Both the position numbers and the translations under genes were made by a program. 32,000 bases of DNA, taken from the NCBI RefSeq assembly GCF_000179635.2, contig NC_014833.1, forward strand, positions 780,001 to 812,000, in the 5' to 3' direction. Positions 1 to 8,385 of the stretch are shown one piece after another; the first letter of the stretch is position 1; each line of letters opens with the position of its first letter. Source of the DNA: Ruminococcus albus 7 = DSM 20455. Lineage in GTDB: Bacteria > Bacillota > Clostridia > Oscillospirales > Ruminococcaceae. The notes under the pieces are model-generated. The model ran no database searches, was not told the origin of the DNA, and saw only the letters and a program-made list of their open reading frames with translations.

Positions 1-248
1 TCAATGAGAAAGCTAAATGTGTAGCAACACTCGCCAACTATTATGATGTGATTTCTGAGTTACAGGAACAGTATTTATCAGCGACTTTCAATACCAAAGA
101 AATCATTGCAGGACAACTCAGACAGCTATGGTTTGAACTTGATGATATTTGCTGTGAACTATACAAAGTAACTGCTCAGGATAGACAGCAGATTATTAAT
201 ATGGGACGAACGGTAAGCCGTATCGACCTTCTGAATGGAGTTAAGTGA
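1..248 (+). CDS. 3' end of an ORF entering from the left edge; the tail resembles the C-terminal end of Eco57I/TaqI-type or HsdS-type R-M specificity modules
   Basis: Frame 3 is open from nt 3 (NEKAKCVATLANYYDV...) to TGA 246-248, so the listed Met at 48 is internal. The tail LWFELDDICCELYKVTAQDRQQII resembles the common ..D..v..lY.Lt.ee...I ending of such modules. The stop lies 1 nt before the next gene's ATG. Confidence 0.4.
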   Translation, partial: NEKAKCVATLANYYDVISELQEQYLSATFNTKEIIAGQLRQLWFELDDICCELYKVTAQDRQQIINMGRTVSRIDLLNGVK

Positions 249-249
249 T

Positions 250-2082
250 ATGAACATAAAACAGCTTGTAAATAAGTTGCTGAAAATATCAGGTGATGTT
301 ACAAGCATCGAGAAGGCATTGGTTTACTCTTTTGCTGATAAAATCGCTGTTGATACTAATAAGAGTCAGTGGTTGAAGAACTACTTATCAGATATTGATT
401 ATTCTATTGTAGATAAGGTCAATCAGATCACAGAGAGTAAGCTGACATTAAATGAACTTATCGCTATTTTTGAGATGCTCGTTCCTCAAAGCGAAAAGAA
501 GGAAAAAGGCGTAGTGTACACTCCTGAGATCATAACAAAATATATCGTCAGTCACACGCTTAACTGTAACAATATACCTACCGTACTTGATCCTTCATGT
601 GGCTGTGGTGCTTTTCTTGTTACAGCTGCCGAATATATACACGAAAGATATAGTATTTCGTATTCTGATATAATCTCATCTTATCTTTATGGTGTTGATA
701 TAGACAGCAATGCAATAGACAGGATCAAGTCTTTGCTATCATTAATTGTTCTCATGAATGGCGAAGAAGAAAAATGCAGCTTTAATTTTATATGTTCAGA
801 TACGCTTGATAAGAAAACGTATGATAAACTTCAGAAAATGCATAAGAACGGCTTCGATTGCGTAGTGGGCAATCCTCCGTATGTTCGTAATAAAAACATG
901 AGTGAAGACACAAAACGTCATTTGACTAATTGGGTATCATCATCAATTGGTAATGTTGATCTGTACATTCCTTTCTTTGAGATAGGTATTAACCTGCTCT
1001 CTGATAACGGCAGGCTTGGTTATATCTCACCAAACAGTTATCTGCAAGGCGTAAACGGAAGAAGTCTCAGGAAGTATTTTGCTGCTGAACAGCATCAGCT
1101 TGAAATTATTGATTTCAGGGATAGTCAGGTTTTTGAAAATGTTACAAGCTATACTTGCATAACTCTTATAGACAAGTCTGTTAAAACAGATGCTATCAAG
1201 TATTTCAGGTTAAATGAATCCAATACATTGGAAAAGCATACTTTCTCTGAGTATCATTTTACTGACTTCCCTGATGGCAAACCGTGGAGAATGAGAGAGA
1301 GCAGTATTGATGAGGTGATCCATAAGCTTGAATCATCAGGCACTCCGTTATCAAACTGGAAAATCCGTAATGGTCTTGCCACCTTGAAGAATGATATTTA
1401 CTTCTTTGCCCCGATAAAAGAAGACAATACATATTATTATAGAGAATATGACGGTAAGACATATAAAATAGAAAAGAAGCTCTGTATTAAAGTTGCTAAA
1501 CCGAACATCATCAAAAATGAAGCAGAGCTGGAAAAGAAAATGGAAATCGCTATTTTTCCATACACGCATACGGATAATGCTTATCAGCTTATTGATGAGG
1601 AATTGTTTAAATCTTCTTTTCCCGAAGCATATAATTTTCTTACCGAATACAAATCCATATTGCTTAACAGAGATAAGGGACACGGAAACTATCCTGCCTG
1701 GTATGCGTATGGAAGAACTCAGGGCATGAATAACTTTGGCAAGAAACTTCTAATTCCATATATAAGCGGAAGTCCTGTCGCTGTTATGTCCTTAGATCCC
1801 GATGTGTTATTCTACTGCGGATATGCTTTGCTCTCCGAGGATATTGAGGAACTGAAAATACTTAAAGTTTTTCTTGAATCAGAAGCGTTCTGGTATTATA
1901 TCTTCCACACAAGCAAGCCATACTCTAAGGGATATATGGCTTTTGCGAAGAATTACATAGTGAATTTTACAATACCTGAGCTTTCTGAAGAAGAAAAGAC
2001 ATATTTGTTGGAATCACACACTAGTGAAGAACTGAATGAATTTGTATGGGGAAAATACCATTGTAAACAGATGATTGTCTAA
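250..2082 (+). CDS. N6-adenine DNA methyltransferase, gamma class, Eco57I/TaqI-like, with a large C-terminal target-recognition region
   Basis: Motif I is VLDPSCGCGAFL and motif IV is VVGNPPYV (NPPY = nt 871-882). GVVYTPEII upstream is typical of Eco57I-type enzymes. About 350 aa follow the catalytic core. ATG 250 has GGAG 9 nt upstream; ATG 235 is an alternative start. Confidence 0.85.
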   Translation: MNIKQLVNKLLKISGDVTSIEKALVYSFADKIAVDTNKSQWLKNYLSDIDYSIVDKVNQITESKLTLNELIAIFEMLVPQSEKKEKGVVYTPEIITKYIVSHTLNCNNIPTVLDPSCGCGAFLVTAAEYIHERYSISYSDIISSYLYGVDIDSNAIDRIKSLLSLIVLMNGEEEKCSFNFICSDTLDKKTYDKLQKMHKNGFDCVVGNPPYVRNKNMSEDTKRHLTNWVSSSIGNVDLYIPFFEIGINLLSDNGRLGYISPNSYLQGVNGRSLRKYFAAEQHQLEIIDFRDSQVFENVTSYTCITLIDKSVKTDAIKYFRLNESNTLEKHTFSEYHFTDFPDGKPWRMRESSIDEVIHKLESSGTPLSNWKIRNGLATLKNDIYFFAPIKEDNTYYYREYDGKTYKIEKKLCIKVAKPNIIKNEAELEKKMEIAIFPYTHTDNAYQLIDEELFKSSFPEAYNFLTEYKSILLNRDKGHGNYPAWYAYGRTQGMNNFGKKLLIPYISGSPVAVMSLDPDVLFYCGYALLSEDIEELKILKVFLESEAFWYYIFHTSKPYSKGYMAFAKNYIVNFTIPELSEEEKTYLLESHTSEELNEFVWGKYHCKQMIV

Positions 2083-2095
2083 ATTGGTGAGAATT

Positions 2096-4312
2096 ATGAT
2101 TAAGAAAATAAAAATGCGTAATTGTGCCACATACGATGAAAGTGGCATAGAATTATCTGAGTGTTCAAAGGTTAATTTTGTTTACGGACCTAACGGAAGC
2201 GGAAAATCAACCATTAGCAACTATTTTCAAGATATAACAGAACCCAAATATGCAGATTGTAATGTGGAATGGGAATTCAATCAACCGTTAGAGGTGTTGG
2301 TTTATAACAGACATTTCAAGGAGACAAATTTCTCTGGTGATATAGACGGTATTTTCACACTTGGCAAAGATGTAATTGATGATATGACAGCTATAGATGC
2401 TTTGAAAGCGAGAAAAAAGGGATTATCAGATGAAGTAATAAAGAAAAAGACTATATTACAACAAAAGAAGGAAGAATTAGAGAAACATACACAGGATTTT
2501 CAAGATACGATCTGGAATGTCATATTAAAACAAAACGAAGCAGATTTTCAGGAAGCATTTGCAGGTTATAGAGGAAGTAAGAAAACCTTTTTCAATCAGG
2601 TGATTAAGCGTTACAAAGACGGACATTCTTCTCCACATTCACGAGAGGAGCTTCTGAAAAAAGCGTCAACCCTATTTGCTGAAAAGCCAGAAAAGCACGA
2701 TCTGTTAAAATTAGAATATAAAGATATTCTCGAAGAATTACATTCTGTGGAAACATCTGATCTTTGGGCTAAGCATATTGTTGGAAATCAAGATGTTCCG
2801 ATAGCAGCATTGATTTCTCATTTGGGCAACTCAGACTGGGTGCAAAATGGTATGAAATATTTAGGCGATGATTGTAAATGTCCTTTCTGTCAGCAAGACA
2901 CAATAACTGATGCATTAAAATCACAATTAGAACAATTCTTCAACAGAGAATATGAAACATATTTGCAAACATTATCTATTTTTCAAACCAGTTATGAAGA
3001 GTGCAGTCAGAGAATTTTCAAACTACTGACAGATATACTCACAAACGATTCATTCTTTTCAGTATCACAGGTTGATATTGGAAGAATAAAGACACTTATT
3101 GATGCTTTGCAAGCAAATATCAACGCTAATAAGAGTGAAATAGAGAAAAAAATTAAAGAACCCAGCCGTAGTGTGACGCTAAATCGTACCGATATTGAGT
3201 CCATTCTAAAACTGATTAGTGCAGGAAACGAAACAATTCAGAATCATAACACTATGGTTGATAACTTTGCGACTGAAAAGAATAACCTTATAGCAGAAAT
3301 ATGGACTTTTCTCCTTGATGAGCAAGAAGCACTAATTTCAGGATACTTAAAAGACTATAAAAACTATGATAAAGCAATAACAGGGATTAGTAGTTCCATC
3401 GACAGTTATGAGAAAGAAATCGATGAAAAAGAAAAACAAATAATAGAAAAAAACAAAAACATATCAAGTGTCCAACCCACAGTTGATGAGATAAACAGAT
3501 TGCTTAATGCGTATGGCTTTAATAATTTCAAGATTGTTCCTTCGCCTACAAAAGATAATTGTTATCAGATTCAACGTCCTGACGGATCATTGGCAAGTAA
3601 CACACTGAGTGAAGGCGAAGAAACATTCATATCCTTTTTGTATTTTTTACAACTTACTAAAGGTGCTACAGACATATCAAGAGTTTCTACTGAAAAAATA
3701 TTGATAATAGACGATCCTATTTGTAGCTTGGATAGTACAATTCTATATATTGTCAGTTGCTTGGTGAAATCATTAGTATGTGATGTCAAAAAAGGCGACT
3801 CAAATATAAAACAGATATTCATTTTTACGCATAATGTGTTCTTTCATAAAGAAGCTTCTTTTGTTGACGGTAAAATTGATAACTCAAACGATGTAAGTTA
3901 TTGGATATTGCATAAAGACGAGTCCGTTTCAAGAATAATTACGTATAAGCATAACAATCCCATTCACACTTCGTATGAACTTCTTTGGCGTGAATTAAGA
4001 GATACTAACACTTCATCTTTTATTACAATTCAAAATACAATGCGGCGTATTATTGAAAACTATTTTGGTATGCTTGGAAATCGGAAATACGACCATATAA
4101 AAAAGAAGTTTCAGACTATTGAAGAACAGCAGATCTGTGAATCATTGTTCTATTGGATAAACGATGGTTCACATTCAATTCCTGATGATTTGTACATTGA
4201 TAGTTATTCAGATTCAATTGAAAAATACAAAACAGTTTTCAAAGAAGTGTTTGATATTTCAGGGCATATTGCCCAATATAATATGATGATGGGTATTGAT
4301 GATAAAGCATAA
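2096..4312 (+). CDS. AAA_13-type ABC ATPase, RloC/PrrC-like putative anticodon nuclease
   Basis: Walker A is VYGPNGSGKST. The long helical middle region contains CKCPFCQQ (CxxC at the zinc-hook position). The ABC signature is LSEGEETF, Walker B is ILIIDDPICSLD and the H-loop is FIFTHN. The C-terminal MRRIIENYF...(about 40 aa)...DGSHS resembles the Arg/Glu/His region of PrrC/RloC. ATG 2096 is preferred over TTG 2075. Confidence 0.7.
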   Translation: MIKKIKMRNCATYDESGIELSECSKVNFVYGPNGSGKSTISNYFQDITEPKYADCNVEWEFNQPLEVLVYNRHFKETNFSGDIDGIFTLGKDVIDDMTAIDALKARKKGLSDEVIKKKTILQQKKEELEKHTQDFQDTIWNVILKQNEADFQEAFAGYRGSKKTFFNQVIKRYKDGHSSPHSREELLKKASTLFAEKPEKHDLLKLEYKDILEELHSVETSDLWAKHIVGNQDVPIAALISHLGNSDWVQNGMKYLGDDCKCPFCQQDTITDALKSQLEQFFNREYETYLQTLSIFQTSYEECSQRIFKLLTDILTNDSFFSVSQVDIGRIKTLIDALQANINANKSEIEKKIKEPSRSVTLNRTDIESILKLISAGNETIQNHNTMVDNFATEKNNLIAEIWTFLLDEQEALISGYLKDYKNYDKAITGISSSIDSYEKEIDEKEKQIIEKNKNISSVQPTVDEINRLLNAYGFNNFKIVPSPTKDNCYQIQRPDGSLASNTLSEGEETFISFLYFLQLTKGATDISRVSTEKILIIDDPICSLDSTILYIVSCLVKSLVCDVKKGDSNIKQIFIFTHNVFFHKEASFVDGKIDNSNDVSYWILHKDESVSRIITYKHNNPIHTSYELLWRELRDTNTSSFITIQNTMRRIIENYFGMLGNRKYDHIKKKFQTIEEQQICESLFYWINDGSHSIPDDLYIDSYSDSIEKYKTVFKEVFDISGHIAQYNMMMGIDDKA

Positions 4313-4335
4313 TCAAAAAGGTGAGGTGTTTAACC

Positions 4336-5328
4336 ATGTCAGAAGAAAAACGAGTATGGGGAATCCATACCCTTGATGATAATCTGTTCTTGAAAGAAAA
4401 CGTTGTAGCTATCGGTTGGAATGAAATTGGTGACCTTAGCAAGATCGCTCCGGACCGTGACGCATTCAAGAAAAAATACACTGAGACATATCCTGATGCT
4501 AAGAAAATGGGAATTGCAACCAGTGCAGGTATGCTATACCGATTTGCCCATGAAGTTCAGATTGGTGACTACATTGTATTCCCGTCAAAGATCAACAGAG
4601 AGATCAATATCGGAACTGTTGAGAGCAACTACATATACGAACCTGATACGGAAAGTTACGTTCAGCAGCGTAAAGTAAAATGGTTGAAGCACTTACCGAG
4701 GACTGCTTTTTCACAAGGAGCGTTGTATGAGATTGGTTCGGCATTATCTTTCTTTTCAGTCAAGAATTATGCTGACGAATTCCTTGCAGCTTTAGACAAG
4801 AACTTCAAGGGTACTGTTTCAGCAGATACCGCCGATGATGAAACTGTTGCTGCAACGGCAGACGAGATCATCGAAAACACAAGAGACTACATTCTTAAAG
4901 AACTGAGCCGAAATCTTAAAGGCTATGACCTTGAAGAATTTGTGGCTGATCTTTTGAGTGCTATGGGATATAGGACAACCATTTCCCCACACGGCGGTGA
5001 CAGCGGTATTGATATTACAGCCTATAAAGACGAGCTTCCGCCGAGGATACTTGTTCAGGTCAAGAGCCAGGACGGTGATATTAAGGAGACAACTATACAG
5101 TCACTGAAAGGTGCTATGCGTGAGGGTGATTATGGTCTGTTTGTGACGCTCTCAAACTACACTAAAAAGGCACAGAAATACCTCGACAATACACCGATTA
5201 TCCGTGGTATTAACGGTAAAGAGTTGGTCGATCTGATATTGAAATATTATGACAGCCTTAGCGAGAAATACAGGAAGATGATACCGTTGAAGATGGTTTA
5301 TATACCGGTAATAAATGCAATCGAATAA
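4336..5328 (+). CDS. Mrr-type PD-(D/E)xK restriction endonuclease with an N-terminal PUA/EVE-like putative reader domain
   Basis: The C-terminal half, GGDSGIDITAY...ILVQVKS, is an Mrr_cat-like D...QxK core. The N-terminal part (VWGIHT..VVAIGWNEIGDLS..IGDYIVF..RKVKWL) is a pattern seen fused to Mrr/McrB-type enzymes. RBS AAAGGTGAGG lies 9 nt upstream of ATG 4336. Confidence 0.7.
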   Translation: MSEEKRVWGIHTLDDNLFLKENVVAIGWNEIGDLSKIAPDRDAFKKKYTETYPDAKKMGIATSAGMLYRFAHEVQIGDYIVFPSKINREINIGTVESNYIYEPDTESYVQQRKVKWLKHLPRTAFSQGALYEIGSALSFFSVKNYADEFLAALDKNFKGTVSADTADDETVAATADEIIENTRDYILKELSRNLKGYDLEEFVADLLSAMGYRTTISPHGGDSGIDITAYKDELPPRILVQVKSQDGDIKETTIQSLKGAMREGDYGLFVTLSNYTKKAQKYLDNTPIIRGINGKELVDLILKYYDSLSEKYRKMIPLKMVYIPVINAIE

Positions 5329-5341
5329 CTATGGAGGAAAT

Positions 5342-7018
5342 ATGTTTCCAGAATATGAAGTATTAAAATTCAAGAATTACAAGTCATTTGAAGATTACTC
5401 ATATATCTCCAGTCTCAAAAACATAAATGTATTCATTGGAAAAAACAATTGTGGAAAATCAAGTTGCATCGACGTGTTGCAATCTTTAGTTGATAATAAA
5501 ATCAGTATTGGTAATGCCAAAGTTCAAATAGATTATCGAATGAAAGACAAAGATTACGATTTGATGATGAGCAAATCCAATTATAGTAAAACCTCAATGA
5601 TACGTCCAGACAAGGGTCAATTTATAGGTAAGATAATTAGTCTTAATATGAAGTCAGGATTCGCTGATAATTCTAAAAATAGAGAGTTTTATTATGATGG
5701 AAATAAAACTATTTTCTTTCAGAATGAATTAAGCGTTGATACAATTGTTGATGATTTTAATAGAAAAGTATGTGAAATAAAGCATTATAGATTAAATGCA
5801 GAAAGAAACATCTTACCAGAACAAGAAGATAAAAAAATATTTCTGTTAGAAAACGGTTCAGGTGCCACAAATGTGATTCTCCATGTTTTAAACTATGCAA
5901 ATTGTGATGAAAGACTTGTCCGTGTAGACGTTTTGAATGCCCTTAATCAGATTATGTATCCTGATTCAAAATATGATAATATTTCAATTCAAAAAGAAAA
6001 GAATGAAGAATGGGAAGTTTTTCTTTATGAAAATGACAACAGATTTCCATTATCCCAAATGGGAAGTGGATTAAAAACCATTATACTCGTTTTATTGAAT
6101 ATTTTAGTTATGCCTTGCATAATAGGCAGTACAGCTAATTCTCAGAACATAAACTATAAAAACATCGTTTTTTCTTTTGAGGAACTTGAAAACAATCTTC
6201 ACCCAGCTTTGCAACGAAGGTTATTTGAATACCTATATCATTTCAGTATTGAAAATGATACTACCATATTATTAACGACACATTCCCATGTTGCAATTAA
6301 TATGTTTTCTGATAAGAAAGAAGCTCAGTTATATCATGTTATTAAAGAAAAAGGTAAGTCTTCAATTAACAAAGTTGAAGATTATATCACAAAGTGCGAA
6401 ATACTGCAAGACCTTGATGTGAGGGCAAGTGATCTATTCCAGGCTAACGGTATAATATGGGTCGAAGGACCATCTGATAAAGTTTATATTAAGCATTGGC
6501 TTGAATTATGGGGTGATAGTGAACTTGTTGAAGGTATAGATTATCAATTTCTATACTATGGCGGTCGCATCTTATCACATTTCACTGCAAATCCGGATAG
6601 CCAAGATGATAATCTTATCAATATTCTTTCTACGAACAGAAATTCTGCCATTGTGATTGACAGTGATGTATGTGGTAAAAGAAAAGGTATCAATGTGACT
6701 AAGCAAAGAATTAAAGATGAATTCAAGTCAGTTGGTATGTTTTGTTGGATAACACAAGGAAAAGAAATAGAGAATTATATTCCCTATCAGGCAATAAACG
6801 CTGCTTATAATAGTAACCTCTCAAAACAATGTGGCAGAAATGAGTTGTTCCCGGACTACATAAAAAAAGTTATCGGTAAATCAAAGTTTGATAAAGTTAA
6901 TTTTGCTCACAAAGTAATAGGTTCAATAACTGCAGATGATACAAATAATATTCTTGATTTAAAAAGTAAGATTATTGAATTGAGCAATATGATCAAACAT
7001 TGGAATTCAAAAGAATAA
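5342..7018 (+). CDS. OLD-family-like nuclease: N-terminal ABC/AAA_15-21 ATPase fused to a C-terminal Toprim/DUF4435-like domain (RloA/RloB- or AbiL-like fusion)
   Basis: Walker A is IGKNNCGKSS, Walker B region is FSFEELENNLHP, followed by LLTTHS. The C-terminal IIWVEGPSDKVYI (Toprim Glu) and AIVIDSDV (DxD) complete the domain. GGAGG lies upstream of ATG 5342. Confidence 0.65.
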   Translation: MFPEYEVLKFKNYKSFEDYSYISSLKNINVFIGKNNCGKSSCIDVLQSLVDNKISIGNAKVQIDYRMKDKDYDLMMSKSNYSKTSMIRPDKGQFIGKIISLNMKSGFADNSKNREFYYDGNKTIFFQNELSVDTIVDDFNRKVCEIKHYRLNAERNILPEQEDKKIFLLENGSGATNVILHVLNYANCDERLVRVDVLNALNQIMYPDSKYDNISIQKEKNEEWEVFLYENDNRFPLSQMGSGLKTIILVLLNILVMPCIIGSTANSQNINYKNIVFSFEELENNLHPALQRRLFEYLYHFSIENDTTILLTTHSHVAINMFSDKKEAQLYHVIKEKGKSSINKVEDYITKCEILQDLDVRASDLFQANGIIWVEGPSDKVYIKHWLELWGDSELVEGIDYQFLYYGGRILSHFTANPDSQDDNLINILSTNRNSAIVIDSDVCGKRKGINVTKQRIKDEFKSVGMFCWITQGKEIENYIPYQAINAAYNSNLSKQCGRNELFPDYIKKVIGKSKFDKVNFAHKVIGSITADDTNNILDLKSKIIELSNMIKHWNSKE

Positions 7019-7027
7019 TCGTATATT

Positions 7028-7067
7028 TTCAAAATAAAAACAACGGCTGCACCCGAAGGCACAGCCG
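7028..7067 (-). terminator. Probable intrinsic terminator of the TnpV-like gene
   Basis: Hairpin CGGCTG..CAGCCG (7044-7067) is followed on the minus strand by a T-rich run (complement of 7031-7043, aaaataaaaacaa). Confidence 0.5.
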
Positions 7068-7074
7068 ATAATTC

Positions 7075-7484
7075 TCAGGTATAAAGCATACACTCAAACA
7101 CCGCCTCTCTCGCCATACTGATGAAGCAGTTTTCGAGACCAAGCATCTTCTCGGCATCACCGCTGAGGGCAGCTTTCTGATAACAACTGTCAGTCTGCTT
7201 CCAAAGCTCCACCTGGCGGGAGATAGCTTCACTGACTTTCAGTTCCATATCATCAAGGTACTGTATGATTTTCCCCTCATTAACGAGCCTGCTAAGCCTG
7301 TCAGGGCATTTGCTGTCGGAATAGTGAAGATGATACCTGATGAAGTCGGTGTTGTAGGTCTTGCTCTCCTCGGACTGCGTATCGGCATTGAAGTGTGTGA
7401 CGGTCACGGTATTGGTGTCCAGTCTCCACAGTGGAACGTATTTCTTTTTCAGTGGGTTGTATGCGGTCTGCTCACTTGTGTATC
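7075..7484 (-). pseudogene. TnpV-like transposon-associated protein, separated from its first codons and RBS by the IS66 insertion
   Basis: The C-terminal part (...RLSRLVNEGKIIQYLDDMELKVSEAISRQVELW...AREAVFECMLYT) follows the TnpV pattern as I remember it. Removing 7485-10500 restores AGGAGG (10520-10515), a 7-nt spacer and ATG (10507-10505), giving MSRYTSEQTAYNPLKKKYVPLWRLD... Confidence 0.6.
7477..7484. repeat. Target-site duplication, left copy (TGTGTATC)
   Basis: Identical 8-mer directly abuts both IS ends (7477-7484 and 10493-10500). Confidence 0.9.
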
Positions 7485-7501
7485 GTAAGCGTATAACCCC
7501 C
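7485..7501. repeat. IS66 left terminal inverted repeat
   Basis: GTAAGCGTATAACCCCC is the perfect reverse complement of 10476-10492. Partial matches extend about 6 nt further inward. Confidence 0.9.
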
Positions 7502-7625
7502 AGCACCTACCCCACCGAAGTCTAATAAAGTATAATAAACTCCAAGGAACACCATGAAGTAAATTGAATAATCCAAATTGATCCATGGAGTTCATTGGAG
7601 ACGATTAGACAAGGAGGTAACAGGT

Positions 7626-7943
7626 ATGGACAAAACAACATCCATCACAACAATCAAAAAAGAAATGCAGCTTCAGGAATGGTCTGCGCAGATCAAAGCA
7701 CAGCAGGCAAGCGGTCTGACGATCCGGGAATGGTGCAAAGAAAAAGGGATCAAGCCAAACACGTATTACAACCGCCTAAGAAAAGTTCGTGAAAAGTATA
7801 TCGAAAATTCTCCGACCATCGTTCCTGTATCAGTTCCTTGCTCAAACGAAAATATCCGCATTGAGAAAAACGGACTTCAAATATCTCTTCCGGCAGATAT
7901 ATCTGCGGACACTCTGACCGCTTTGGTGCATGAGCTATGCTGA
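7626..7943 (+). CDS. tnpA: IS66 accessory protein TnpA (HTH)
   Basis: MDKTTSITTIKKEMQLQEWSAQIKAQQASGLTIREWCKEKGIKPNTYYNRLRKV has the HTH pattern of IS66 Orf1. AAGGAGG lies upstream of ATG 7626. The stop overlaps the tnpB ATG (7937). Confidence 0.8.
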   Translation: MDKTTSITTIKKEMQLQEWSAQIKAQQASGLTIREWCKEKGIKPNTYYNRLRKVREKYIENSPTIVPVSVPCSNENIRIEKNGLQISLPADISADTLTALVHELC

Positions 7944-8293
7944 ATGATCTGGCAGCGGACGCACAGGTCTATCTTGTTACGGGATACACCGACCTTCGAC
8001 GCGGGATAGACGGACTTGCGACTATCGTTCAGGCTCAGCTTCGACTTGACCCGTTCTCGAAAGCATTGTTTTTGTTCTGCGGCAGACGTTGTGACCGCAT
8101 CAAAGGTCTGCTGTGGGAGGGCGATGGTTTTCTGCTGTTGTACAAGCGCCTTGACAACGGAAGATTCCAGTGGCCGCGCAGTGAGACCGAAGCAGTAATG
8201 CTCACATCTCAGCAAATTCGCTGGCTTCTGGAAGGCTTGAAAATAGAGCAGCCGAAGGCTATCCGTGAGGGAAAGCCGGGGGCGCTGTATTAA
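7937..8293 (+). CDS. tnpB: IS66 Orf2 / TnpB
   Basis: YLVTGYTDLRRGIDGLATIVQ...ALFLFCGRRCDRIKGLLWEGDGFLLLYKRLDNGRFQWP is the classic IS66 Orf2 signature. Confidence 0.9.
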   Translation: MLNDLAADAQVYLVTGYTDLRRGIDGLATIVQAQLRLDPFSKALFLFCGRRCDRIKGLLWEGDGFLLLYKRLDNGRFQWPRSETEAVMLTSQQIRWLLEGLKIEQPKAIREGKPGALY

Positions 8294-8385
8294 GGCAATA
8301 CTTACCGAATATTCAGAATATGTGCTTGAAAAGCCCCTCTTTTCGTGGTATCATTAAAGTATCATCACGAACGGAGGGGTGCTTT

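Noticed and set aside
5342-7018. Calling this gene Gabija GajA or PARIS AriA/AriB.
   Set aside because: There is no GajB-type helicase and no separate DUF4435 partner next to it. Only the generic ATPase+Toprim (OLD-like) architecture can be supported.
7485-7506. The GTG start at 7506 for the TnpV-like ORF.
   Set aside because: Those codons are read from the IS66 inverted repeat. The native start and RBS are found at 10507 and 10520 once the IS is removed.
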